From Nemertoderma westbladi (Eukaryota > Animalia > Xenacoelomorpha), in assembly GCA_032718475.1 (NCBI GenBank), contig JAUCBJ010000528.1:12381-76380 (forward strand): a DNA stretch of 64,000 nucleotides, written 5' to 3'. Both the position numbers and the translations under genes were made by a program. The notes below the pieces were generated by a model that saw only the letters and a program-made list of their open reading frames with translations, searched no databases and was not told where the DNA came from. Shown piece after piece: positions 24,401-37,499 of this stretch. Each line of letters opens with the position of its first letter. Position 1 is the stretch's first letter.

Positions 24401-27400
24401 GGACTGAGGTCAGCGAGTCATAATAATGGTGGCATTACTACACCTTGGGTACACTTTATGGACTGAGGTCAGCGAGACATAATAATGGTGGCATTACTAC
24501 ACCTTGGGTACACTTTATGGACTGAGGTCAGCGAGACATAATAATGGTGGCATTACTACACCTTGGGTACACTTTATGGACTGAGGTCAGCGAGACATAA
24601 TAATGGTGGCATTACTACACCTTGGGTACACTTTATGGACTGAGGTCAGCGAGACATAATAATGGTGGCATTACTACACCTTGGGTACACTTTATGGACT
24701 GAGGTCAGCGAGACATAATAATGGTGGCATTACTACACCTTGGGTACACTTTATGGACTGAGGTCAGCGAGACATAATAATGGTGGCATTACTACACCTT
24801 GGGTACACTTTATGGACTGAGGTCAGCGAGACATAATAATGGTGGCATTACTACACCTTGGGTACACTTTATGGACTGAGGTCAGCGAGACATAATAATG
24901 GTGGCATTACTACACCTTGGGTACACTTTATGGACTGAGGTCAGCGAGACATAATAATGGTGGCATTACTACACCTTGGGTACACTTTATGGACTGAGGT
25001 CAGCGAGACATAATAATGGTGGCATTACTACACCTTGGGTACACTTTATGGACTGAGGTCAGCGAGGAGACATAATAATGGTGGCATTACTACACCTTGG
25101 GTACACTTTATGGACTGAGGTCAGCGAGACATAATAATGGTGGCATTACTACACCTTGGGTACACTTTATGGACTGAGGTCAGCGAGGAGACATAATAAT
25201 GGTGGCATTACTACACCTTGGGTACACTTTATGGACTGAGGTCAGCGAGGAGACATAATAATGGTGACATTACTACACCTTGGGTACACTTTATGGACAA
25301 GGTCAACGAGACATAATAATGGTGGCATTACTACACCTTGGGTACACTTTATGGACTGAGGTCAGCGAGACATAATAATGGTGGCATTACTACACCTTGG
25401 GTACACTTTATGGACTGAGGTCAGCGAGTCATAATAATGGTGGCATTACTACACCTTGGGTACACTTTATGGACTGAGGTCAGCGAGACATAATAATGGT
25501 GGCATTACTACACCTTGGGTACACTTTATGGACTGAGGTCAGCGAGACATAATAATGGTGGCATTACTACACCTTGGGTACACTTTATGGACTGAGGTCA
25601 GCGAGACATAATAATGGTGGCATTACTACACATTGGGTACACTTTATGGACTGAGGTCAGCGAGTCATAATAATGGTGGCATTACTACACCTTGGGTACA
25701 CTTTATGGACTGAGGTCAGCGAGACATAATAATGGTGGCATTACTACACCTTGGGTACACTTTATGGACTGAGGTCAGCGAGAAGACATAATAATGGTGG
25801 CATTACTACACCTTGGGTACACTTTATGGACTGAGGTCAGCGAGACATAATAATGGTGGCATTACTACACCTTGGGTACACTTTATGGACTGAGGTCAGC
25901 GAGACATAATAATGGTGGCATTACTACACCTTGGGTACACTTTATGGACTGAGGTCAGCGAGGAGACATAATAATGGTGGCATTACTACACCTTGGGTAA
26001 ACTTTATGGACAAGGTCAGCGAGACATAATAATGGTGGCATTACTACACCTTGGGTACACTTTATGGACTGAGGTCAGCGAGACATAATAATGGTGGCAT
26101 TACTACACCTTGGGTACACTTTATGGACTGAGGTCAGCGAGACATAATAATGGTGGCATTACTACACCTTGGGTACACTTTATGGACTGAGGTCAGCGAG
26201 ACATAATAATGGTGGCATTACTACACCTTGGGTACACTTTATGGACTGAGGTCAGCGAGTCATAATAATGGTGGCATTACTACACCTTGGGTACACTTTA
26301 TGGACAAGGTCAGCGAGACATAATAATGGTGGCATTACTACACCTTGGGTACACTTTATGGACAAGGTCAGCGAGTCATAATAATGGTGGCATTACTACA
26401 CCTTGGGTACACTTTATGGACTGAGGTAAGCGAGGAGACATAATAATGGTGGCATTACTACACCTTGGGTACACTTTATGGACAAGGTCAACGAGACATA
26501 ATAATGGTGGCATTACTACACCTTGGGTACACTTTATGGACAAGGTCAACGAGACATAATAATGGTGGCATTACTACACCTTGGGTACACTTTATGGACT
26601 GAGGTCAGCGAGATATAATAATGGTGGCATTACTACACCTTGGGTACACTTTATGGACTGAGGTCAACGAGACATAATAATGGTGGCATTACTACACCTT
26701 GGGTACACTTTATGGACAAGGTCAACGAGACATAATAATGGTGGCATTACTACACCTTGGGTACACTTTATGGACTGAGGTCAGCGAGACATAATAATGG
26801 TGGCATTACTACACCTTGGGTACACTTTATGGACAAGGTCAGCGAGACATAATAATGGTGGCATTACTACACCTTGGGTACACTTTATGGACAAGGTCAG
26901 CGAGACATAATAATGGTGGCATTACTACACCTTGGGTACACTTTATGGACAAGGTCAGCGAGACATAATAATGGTGGCATTACTACACCTTGGGTACACT
27001 TTATGGACAAGGTCAGCGAGACATAATAATGGTGGCATTACTACACCTTGGGTACACTTTATGGACAAGGTCAGCGAGACATAATAATGGTGGCATTACT
27101 ACACCTTGGGTACACTTTATGGACTGAGGTCAGCGAGACATAATAATGGTGGCATTACTACACCTTGGGTACACTTTATGGACAAGGTCAACGAGACATA
27201 ATAATGGTGGCATTACTACACCTTGGGTACACTTTATGGACAAGGTCAGCGAGACATAATAATGGTGGCATTACTACACCTTGGGTACACTTTATGGACA
27301 AGGTCAACGAGACATAATAATGGTGGCATTACTACACCTTGGGTACACTTTATGGACAAGGTCAACGAGACATAATAATGGTGGCATTACTACACCTTGG

Positions 27401-29822
27401 GTACACTTTATGGACAAGGTCAACGAGACATAATAATGGTGGCATTACTACACCTTGGGTACACTTTATGGACTGAGGTCAACGAGACATAATAATGGTG
27501 GCATTACTACACCTTGGGTACACTTTATGGACAAGGTCAGCGAGACATAATAATGGTGGCATTACTACACCTTGGGTACACTTTATGGACTGAGGTCAGC
27601 GAGACATAATAATGGTGGCATTACTACACCTTGGGTACACTTTATGGACAAGGTCAACGAGACATAATAATGGTGGCATTACTACACCTTGGGTACACTT
27701 TATGGACAAGGTCAGCGAGACATAATAATGGTGGCATTACTACACCTTGGGTACACTTTATGGACAAGGTCAACGAGACATAATAATGGTGGCATTACTA
27801 CACCTTGGGTACACTTTATGGACAAGGTCAACGAGACATAATAATGGTGGCATTACTACACCTTGGGTACACTTTATGGACAAGGTCAACGAGACATAAT
27901 AATGGTGGCATTACTACACCTTGGGTACACTTTATGGACTGAGGTCAACGAGACATAATAATGGTGGCATTACTACACCTTGGGTACACTTTATGGACAA
28001 GGTCAACGAGACATAATAATGGTGGCATTACTACACCTTGGGTACACTTTATGGACAAGGTCAGCGAGACATAATAATGGTGGCATTACTACACCTTGGG
28101 TACACTTTATGGACAAGGTCAACGAGACATAATAATGGTGGCATTACTACACCTTGGGTACACTTTATGGACTGAGGTCAACGAGACATAATAATGGTGG
28201 CATTACTACACCTTGGGTACACTTTATGGACAAGGTCAACGAGACATAATAATGGTGGCATTACTACACCTTGGGTACACTTTATGGACAAGGTCAACGA
28301 GACATAATAATGGTGGCATTACTACACCTTGGGTACACTTTATGGACAAGGTCAACGAGACATAATAATGGTGGCATTACTACACCTTGGGTACACTTTA
28401 TGGACTGAGGTCAACGAGACATAATAATGGTGGCATTACTACACCTTGGGTACACTTTATGGACAAGGTCAACGAGACATAATAATGGTGGCATTACTAC
28501 ACCTTGGGTACACTTTATGGACAAGGTCAACGAGACATAATAATGGTGGCATTACTACACCTTGGGTACACTTTATGGACTGAGGTCAACGAGACATAAT
28601 AATGGTGGCATTACTACACCTTGGGTACACTTTATGGACAAGGTCAGCGAGACATAATAATGGTGGCATTACTACACCTTGGGTACACTTTATGGACTGA
28701 GGTCAGCGAGACATAATAATGGTGGCATTACTACACCTTGGGTAAACTTTATGGACTGAGGTCAGCGAGACATAATAATGGTGGCATTACTACACCTTGG
28801 GTACACTTTATGGACTGAGGTCAGCGAGACATAATAATGGTGGCATTACTGCACCTTGGGTACACTTTATGGACTGAGGTCAGCGAGACATAATAATGGT
28901 GGCATTACTACACCTTGGGTACACTTTATGGACTGAGGTCAGCGAGACATAATAATGGTGGCATTACTACACCTTGGGTACACTTTATGGACTGAGGTCA
29001 GCGAGACATAATAATGGTGGCATTACTACACCTTGGGTACACTTTATGGACAAGGTCAGCGAGACATAATAATGGTGGCATTACTACACCTTGGGTACAC
29101 TTTATGGACTGAGGTCAGCGAGGAGACATAATAATGGTGGCATTACTACACCTTGGGTACACTTTATGGACAAGGTCAACGAGACATAATAATGGTGGCA
29201 TTACTACACCTTGGGTACACTTTATGGACTGAGGTCAGCGAGACATAATAATGGTGGCATTACTACACCTTGGGTACACTTTATGGACTGAGGTCAGCGA
29301 GACATAATAATGGTGGCATTACTACACCTTGGGTACACTATATGGACTGAGGTCAGCGAGACATAATAATGGTGGCATTACTACACCTTGGGTACACTTT
29401 ATGGACAAGGTCAGCGAGACATAATAATGGTGGCATTACTACACCTTGGGTACACTTTATGGACAAGGTCAGCGAGACATAATAATGGTGGCATTACTAC
29501 ACCTTGGGTACACTTTATGGACAAGGTCAGCGAGACATAATAATGGTGGCATTACTACACCTTGGGTACACTTTATGGACTGAGGTCAACGAGACATAAT
29601 AATGGTGGCATTACTACACCTTGGGTACACTTTATGGACAAGGTCAGCGAGACATAATAATGGTGGCATTACTACACCTTGGGTACACTTTATGGACTGA
29701 GGTCAACGAGACATAATAATGGTGGCATTACTACACCTTGGGTACACTTTATGGACTGAGGTCAACGAGACATAATAATGGTGGCATTACTACACCTTGG
29801 GTACACTTTATGGACAAGGTCA
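21462..29822. repeat. 58/59/62-bp satellite, ~140 copies (GAGACATAATAATGGTGGCATTACTACACCTTGGGTACACTTTATGGACTGAGGTCAGC)
   Basis: Directly visible; variants GGACAAGG/GGACTGAGG, AAC/AGC and +GAG occur in regional blocks. Confidence 0.98.
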
Positions 29823-29987
29823 ATTTTTAAATAAAACGTTCTAGAAAAAAATATTTATTCCAGAACATAATTTATTTTAAAAATTAATATAAAATATGTT
29901 CACGAACATTTAAAAAGTAGCCAAAACTAGCTAGCATAAAAAAAACTGGTCCAAGGGTGCCTGCCCAAGGTGAAGTAATGCCCACCA
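29779..29987. mobile_element. MITE-like element whose left inverted repeat is part of the 59-bp satellite unit
   Basis: TGGTGGCATTACTACACCTTGGG (29779-29801) vs reverse complement of 29964-29987 (TGGTGGGCATTACTTCACCTTGGG); AT-rich interior; no clear TSD. Confidence 0.65.
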
Positions 29988-30612
29988 ATCCAATTAGATT
30001 CTCGCGTTTTAGGAGGAGGTGATAAATATTCGAGAACACTAAATTATTTAACATTGAGTTAGGCCGTGTTCACATTACCGAGTCAGGAGTTGAAGAATAC
30101 AATAATTGGAATCGCAGTAAATATGGGAGCAATATAGTAAAATACTATAGTTCAATTTATTTATATTGTAACACTATATTACTCTATCTTTAAAGAATTA
30201 AACAAAAAAGTACAAATTTAAGAATAAAAATTACGTATTACAGGGGAAAAAACGTAGGACATTTTTGTCATTATTCTCTCGCCCCTTTATTAACCTCGCT
30301 CGCCAGCGTATTTTTGTATATTGTATATTTCGTTATTGTCACCTAGGCGCCTAGCAGCTAACAGATACAATAACTATCTTTCTGCTGTACTGGCAATGTC
30401 CATCATTATTATTGCTGTGATTTATTATGTTTATTCTGTTGAATCATTATTGCGTGCAAGTGGACCATCTATTATTAGAGCTTCTCACATGACATTCACC
30501 TCTATTTTCATTTCAAACCCTCGACTGGATCTATCACTGCGTAGGACCCCTGGTCGAAGGCTGGTGGATGGGAACATACACACTGGGAGAGAATGATTAC
30601 ATTCCATATCGA

Positions 30613-31367
30613 CAAAACCTCGTACAATAGCCCACCGACACACCTGTGGGAAGAGTGACTACAACCAATACCTACAAAACCTCTTACAATGGCTGACTGA
30701 CAGAAGGGTAGGAAGTGCGACTACAACCAATATCTACAAAACCTCGTACAACGGCTGATCGACACACGGGTAGGAAGAGCGACTACAACCAATATCTACA
30801 AAACCTCGTACAACGGCTGATCGACACACAGGTAGGAAGAGCGACTACAAGCAATATCTACAAAACCTCGTACAACGGCTGATCGTCACAAGGGTAGGAA
30901 GAGCGACTACAACCAATACCTACAAAACCTCTTACAATGGCTGACTGACAGAAGGGTAGGAAGAGCGACTACAACCAATATCTACAAAACCTCGTACAAC
31001 GGCTGATCGACACAAGGGTAGGAAGAGCGACTACAACCAATATCTACAAAACCTCGTACAACGGCTGATCGACACAAGGGTAGGAAGAGCGACTACAACC
31101 AATATCTACAAAACCTCTTACAATGGCTGACTGACACAAGGGTAGGAAGAGCGACTACAACCAATATCTACGCAAACCTCTTACAACGGCTGACCAACAC
31201 AAGGGTAGGAAGAACGACTACAACCAATATCTACAAAACCTCGTACAATGGCTGACCAACACACGGGTAGGAAGAGCGACTACAACCAATATCTACAAAA
31301 CCCCGTACAACGGCTGATCAACACAAGGGTAGGAAGAGTGACTACAACCAATATCTACAAAACCTCG
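30613..31367. repeat. ~62-bp satellite, left block (~12 copies)
   Basis: Unit ACAAAACCTCGTACAACGGCTGATCGACACAAGGGTAGGAAGAGCGACTACAACCAATATCT. Confidence 0.95.
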
Positions 31368-33330
31368 CACTACTAGGATCGGCATGCTGCATTGCAGCTG
31401 CATTTTTAAGGAATTTTAATATTGGAAGCGGAATTAAAACCCTACAAATGGTGCCAGACATCGAATAGACACTCAGCCAGTACGGTACCATTGGATGTTT
31501 GGGAATCACATTTCAGCGATTTACTTGGACGGGTAGAGGACGAGGAGACGAGCTATGCGGCCCCTCAGCTAGACTCCCCAGTCATAGATGCCCACGATGC
31601 CTGCAACCGACCGTTCTCTACAAAGGAAATCGAAGGCGAACTGAAGAGGAAGGCTAACGGAAAATCCGGTGGTCCGGATAACATAACTTACGAGGCACTC
31701 AAGGGATCCATTTCGGCTACATTACACTTATGGGTTATATTATTTAACCTTTGTTGGTTCACAGGAAACCTAGTTTCTTCATGGAAAACCGGAATTATGA
31801 AAGGAATTGGCTCCTTATTTGATCCGAACTCATTTCGAGGTATTGCTTTACTTTCCAATCCATACAAACTCCTCACCTCTCTGGTACAACGAAGACTTCG
31901 AGAATTCCTGCAGGATAAGATACCGAAACATCAGTTCGGCTTTATGCCAGGGCGTTCGACCATGCAACCGTTGACCCAGTTTATCGCTCACATTCAAGGG
32001 AATCTGACTTACCCAAAAAAACCAACCTTTGTGGCTTTCGTGGATTTCAAGAAGGCCTTCGATAGCATCCCGAGGGCTGCTTACTGTTCAAACTCGAACA
32101 CACCTTCAAAGTAACTGGATGTCTACTCAACTTGATCAAAGCTATTCTAACAACCAACTATATACAAGTCTTTGATGGGCTCAGGAAATCGAAGTTAATA
32201 CACCAGATAAGGGGCCTTGCCCAAGGTGATCCGCTTAGTCCCTTCCTCTTTATACTCTACATCTGGGACCTTATTAATGTAATCAAACAAGCGGCCTCGG
32301 CAATAATAATATTCCTGTTTGCGGACGATCTTCTTGTCATTAGTGACACCAGAGAGGGGCTGCAGGCGGCTCTAGACGCCATTGCGGAATGGTCATCTAA
32401 TAATGGACTTCAGGTGAACCTCCGGAAGACCGAAATAATGAAATTTCGCCGCGGAGGTCGGCTTAGTAAATTAGATTCATTCAATTACAACGGCAACCCC
32501 ATCAAAATCACAAACTCTTCCACCTACCTAGGCGTTGTTTTTCAACCTTCTCTTTCATTTTCCCGCCACATCCTTAAGGTATTCACTAAATCTCTAGCAG
32601 TAACTCATTCCATAAAGAACCCATGATTGTTATCTCTTTCGACAGCCATAAAGCTTTTTAACATTAAAATTCTACCTATTATTTCATACAGTTTACTCGC
32701 TATTTGGCCCCAATTAACAGTGGCAAATTTTACAATGATTGACAGAATTAAGACGGCATTCTTAAAACGAGTTTTAGGCGTCCACAAGAGCTCGAAAAAT
32801 CGGTTGGTCTTCGCTCTGTGCCAGGAAACCCATTTGGCCAAAGAACTACAGTCGAATAGCAATTTTCCTGCGACCGATGAATTCAAAAAATACATCGGCA
32901 CAATCGAAGAAAAACACAGAGAGATCAACTCGGATTTCTGGACTGCCCCTGGATTTATAAACAGGAACTGGACCGAGCCAAGATCTAAATCCAGACACGT
33001 AATCGCACGCTTCTCGATTCATGGCTTTCACCATCTGGTCTGCCAATCTAATGTTTTCCACGATATTTCCCCAGATTGCCGTTGCAAGTTGTGCGGCGGA
33101 GCGGCTCCTCTTCTACACTTGCTGGATTGTCCAGGAAATTCGCGCAGTCTTACTGAGTTAGCAACCAAGATCAATCCTCAGTTGTAACGTAACCAAGGAA
33201 TTCTAAATTTTCGTGCTTTTTAATACTTTTTACATAATTATTTATTTGTCTATATTTTAACCTTTTACTGCACAGTTGTCGTTTAAGTGCCGCTTCCCTG
33301 GCTTGTTAATTAAAAAAAATATATATATAT
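31368..33330 (+). mobile_element. 5'-truncated non-LTR retrotransposon (RT plus C-terminal CCHC motif), disrupted; clade not determined
   Basis: KSGGPDNI, SFRGIALLS, QFGFMPGRST, FVDFKKAFDSI, GLAQGDPLSPFLF, FADD, YLGV, CKLCG.....HLLDC. Frameshift at ~32080, in-frame TGA at 32624-32626, A/TA-rich tail. Confidence 0.93.
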
Positions 33331-33340
33331 ATAAATATTT

Positions 33341-36250
33341 TTAAGAAAGCTGTGCCGGCTTGTCGACAAAATTGCGCCACCACAACTCCCTATCACCCAT
33401 GACATTTGCTAGATCATCCGCATCTTCAAGACCAGTGTCCTTTAAGATGCGTCTCAAGAAAGTCAGGTCCTCACCTGACTTCCGGATCCATGATCCCAGG
33501 TAACATAAGTCATCCACATGCTCAAGCATACCATCCTTTGAGCTTATGCTCATCCGATCAGAGACTTGCTGAGGACTTTCAAAGTTAACTGTCAAAATTT
33601 TGGTCTTTCTGGAGTTAATAAAAAGACAAACACTAGAAGCAGCATGTTCTAATGAGCTGAGGAGCCGTTGGGCACCCTCTAGTGATTCTGAGAGTACTCC
33701 TAAGTCATCAGCAAAGTCTAGATCAGTTAGGTACTTGGCAGGATTTCCTTGGAACCAGTAGGTGGAGTTATCATCACCCCATCATCATTATGATGATCTA
33801 AGGATATGCGTAGAACATAGTCAACCACAATTATGAACAAGAATTATGCAAGTGTGTCTCCCTGGAGGACGTCCCATAACACTTCAAATGGTTCTGTGTC
33901 ACCATCAACAGTAGACACAAATGTTGTCGAACCATCGTATACTGATCTGATTGCTGCAATAATTTCATCAGGAATCCCATATAATGAAACTATGCTGAAC
34001 ATACATGAGCGAGAGACTGAATCAAAGGCCTTGAAGAAGTCAACAAAGATAACAGCCAGATGCCTGTCTTTCTTTTTTGATAACTCTTCAATTATCCTTC
34101 TAAGTGCCAAAATGGGCTCCATGGTCCCACGACCTTACGGAACCCATTCTGATTTCCACGGGGCAGTCTCTCAATGGGGTCCCTGATGCGATTTAATATA
34201 ATTCTATTGTATAGCTTTGCAGCAATCGAGATCAATGAGATTCCCCGAAAAGAACCATAGAGTGTTAGGTTGCCCTTCTTGGGAACTGGCACCAACTTAT
34301 TTGTTTTCATTTCTTGTGGGACTTGTTGTTCGGTACATGTTAGATGAGCTTTAAACCCTCAGGTATTTTAAAGACCCCAGAGGGCAAAACCATCTAATCC
34401 ACTGGCACGATTGGTCTTAATGCTCTTTGCAGCAGCCTTCACTTTTGCAAAGGAGATATCGCCAATGGGAATATCTGGGAGTACAGACTCAGACACGTTT
34501 ACTTCTATAAAGTTATCAGGCAATACCCTGTCATTATTGATGAGCTTTTCAAAGTGGGCCTTCCACCCATTGAGGCGATCGGCTGGTGATTCAGCCTTAA
34601 CCTTGGTGGTTGGTTGGCTTTTCCGACCAGTAAGCAATTTGATCGATTTCCATGCCTCCAAACTTGGCTGTTGCAACAGAGAGGACCAGTCATGTTGCGG
34701 CAAGGCAGATTTCGTTGTTCTGCTAGCATGCAGACTAAGTCTTACCTTGGCCACAATAAGGCGGTGATTACTGGAGAAGGGTCGAAGTGTAAATGCATTA
34801 CAGTCTTGTATAGAGCTCCTGTATTTCCTACGAAACAGAATATGGTCTATCTGGGACTTGTGACCATTGGGTCCACTATGAGTCCATAGCTTTCCAGTTC
34901 GCTTCTTGAACTGGGTTCCAGCCGAGATTTCCAGAGATAAAATCCTGAAGATGGACGGAATTTCGGTTAACACTATTGCTATAGACCCAGGGCGATGTAG
35001 GTGATTGATGCAGACTTGGCAGTAAAGTCTCCCAGGAATGTTAAGAATGCATGCTGATCCACTCCATCAGTAGCTGCTTGTAGATTGTGGTAGAAATTTT
35101 CCACCTCCTCTACAGGTGTAACACCAGTTGGAGAGTAGCACACAATCAGAACCACCTTAGGATACTTCTTAGCCAGTCTTCCAGAACATGAGAAGTGGCA
35201 ACGGATGATGCGGTTAGAGATTTAGTCTATTTTGTCCAATGCTGCACGTGCAGTTGGATTCATCAATAGACCAATACCACCATTGCCACTGTCATCTGCT
35301 GACGTGAGGCGAGTCGCCAACCGCCCCCCATGTCCTTAATCAGAACCTCATCAGTCTGTCCAGTCTGCATTCGGTGCTCCTGAACACCCACTGCGCTAAG
35401 AGAAAGCTTATCTGCCAAGGCAGTCAGCTCACCTTGTCACATTGGGGACCCGAGTGTTAGGGTGTTTACTGAGGCTAGTCTAGTGACTTGCCTTAGATTC
35501 ACCAATGGCTTTGTTGGTCGGGGTGGAACATGAGAGTAGCCTCCAAATCCAGAATCCCTCTCCCCCTCACAATCTGGCCTCCATGGTTACCCAGGGTTTG
35601 GGCCAGAAAGGTCATCAGGAAAGGGACTCAAAGAATTGTTGGCTGCTCTCTCTCCAGTAGGGGGTGAGACAGGCAGCCGGTCAGGAGATAACTGACGCCT
35701 GTGAGGCCGATTGTGTCCGGTATTCCACTGGCCTCTAGTGGCTGGACCTCCGCATTAGTAATGTAATCCATAGTGGGGGTTGGGGGGTGCTTTTTTGCCG
35801 AGTCAGCTCTAGGGGCAAATACCACACCCTGGTTTGCCATTCCACAGGGTGGGTGTCGCAGTGGAGTCAGATATGAGGCCCATCACCCACTACTCTGACG
35901 CACATGACCCACCATTGGCTGTGCAGCTCATCTGCTGGGTCATGCCCTGTACCCCTGCTGCCAGGTGCAGGTCGCAATGAAGTGCACTCAGAATGGACAT
36001 GAGAACACTCTACTCCTGACCAGCCATTGGTAGATCACCATCTGCCTGGCCAGGCCATATACCCCTGCAGCCAAGTATATGGGTCCTTAATCCAGGACCA
36101 AGGGCATCCTTATCCCAGAACGAAGGGGGTCGTAGTTACAGGACCAGATTTGCCCTAGTAAGAGGGTCTATGTAGCTACAGGTGGCACCTCCTTTATGCT
36201 GCATGGAGGTGGCAAGTTTTCTTGATCAATGACCTAGAATACCTGACCTG
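33341..36250 (-). mobile_element. Decayed RTE-type LINE (APE endonuclease plus RT) with multiple frameshifts and deletions
   Basis: Minus-strand motifs VGVQEHR, LIVCYSPT, LGDF, KSQIDHIL, SNHRLI (APE); FRGISL, QNGFR, FVDFFKAFDSV, VLQGDTLA, DLDFADDL, YLGSWI, DRELW (RTE-like RT and C-terminus). Confidence 0.9.
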
Positions 36251-37180
36251 ACAAATGGTTGACCGACACATGGGTAGGAAGAGCGACTACAACCAATATC
36301 TACGCAAACCTCGTAAAATGGGTGACCGACACAAGGGTAGGAAGAGCAACTACAACCAATATCTACGAAACCTCTTACAATGGCTGACTGACACACAGGT
36401 AGGAAGAGTGACTAAAACCCCTATCTACAAAACCTCGTACAACGGCTGATCGACACACGGGAAGGAAGAGCGACTACAACCAATATCTAGAAAACCTCGT
36501 ACAATGGCTGACCGACACAAGGGTAGGAAGAGCGACTACAACCAATATCTACAAAACCTCGTACAACGGCTGATCAACACACGGGTAGGAAGAGCGACTA
36601 CAACCAATATCTAGAAAACCTCGTGCAATGGGTGACCAACACACGGGTAGGAAGAGCAACTACAACCAACATCTACGAAACCTCTTAGAATGGCTGACCG
36701 ACACATAGGTAGGAAGAGTGACTACAACCCCTATCTACACAACCTCGTACAACGGCTGACCAATACACAGGTAGGAAGAGCTACTACAACCTCTATTTAT
36801 AAAAACCTTGTACAACCGTGACCAACACACAGTAGGAAGAGAGGTAGTATCCCCTATCTAAACAACCTCGTACAATGTCTGACTGACACATGGGTAGGAA
36901 GAGCGATAACAACCCATTACGAAACCTCGTACAACAGCTAACTCGCACACGGGTAGGAAGAGCATCTACAACCCATCTACTAAACCTCGTACAATGGCTG
37001 ACTGACACTGGAAGAGCAACTACAACCCCTATATAAAAACCTCGTACAACAGCTGATGCTGACCGACACATGGGTAGGAAGAGCAACTAGAATTGATATC
37101 TATGCAACCTCGTACAATGGCTGACTGACACATGGTTAGGAAGAGAGACTACAACCCCCATCTATGAAACCTTGTACAAC
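36251..37180. repeat. ~62-bp satellite, right block (~15 increasingly diverged copies)
   Basis: Same unit as 30613-31367; resumes in register after the LINE pair. Confidence 0.93.
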
Positions 37181-37499
37181 ATCTCACCCCGATCCACTGA
37201 CAGGTGAGTCAAATTCCTTCGAGATTTTGTGATTCACTTTACTTTAACCACACAACATAAAAGTTAATTTAGTAAAAACTCAATAAGTGTTAATATCCAC
37301 TTATTAAAATATTACTCTTCTAAAATATATTTTTGATAACCCAAAATAAACTTAACACATACCGTAATTGAAACCAAAAATATATATAACATAATAGAGA
37401 TGGAATAAATTACTCAATTCTAAAAACCAAAACTAGAGTTCAATAACAGAGTTACAACCCAGCCTAATGCCATAATGCAAACTGTATAAAAGTTTACAT

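Noticed and set aside
21462-29822. CRISPR-like array (also considered for the other arrays)
   Set aside because: Units are contiguous with no unique spacers, there are no cas genes, and the context is eukaryotic.
18998-29866. 14-bp inverted match GTTCTGGAATAAAT / ATTTATTCCAGAAC across the satellite
   Set aside because: Short, AT-rich and not extendable; compatible with chance.
35880-36250. HDV-like ribozyme at the RTE 5' end (known in RTE elements)
   Set aside because: Local hairpins and a short diverged duplication are present, but I could not assemble the nested double pseudoknot by eye; needs an RNArobo/Infernal search.
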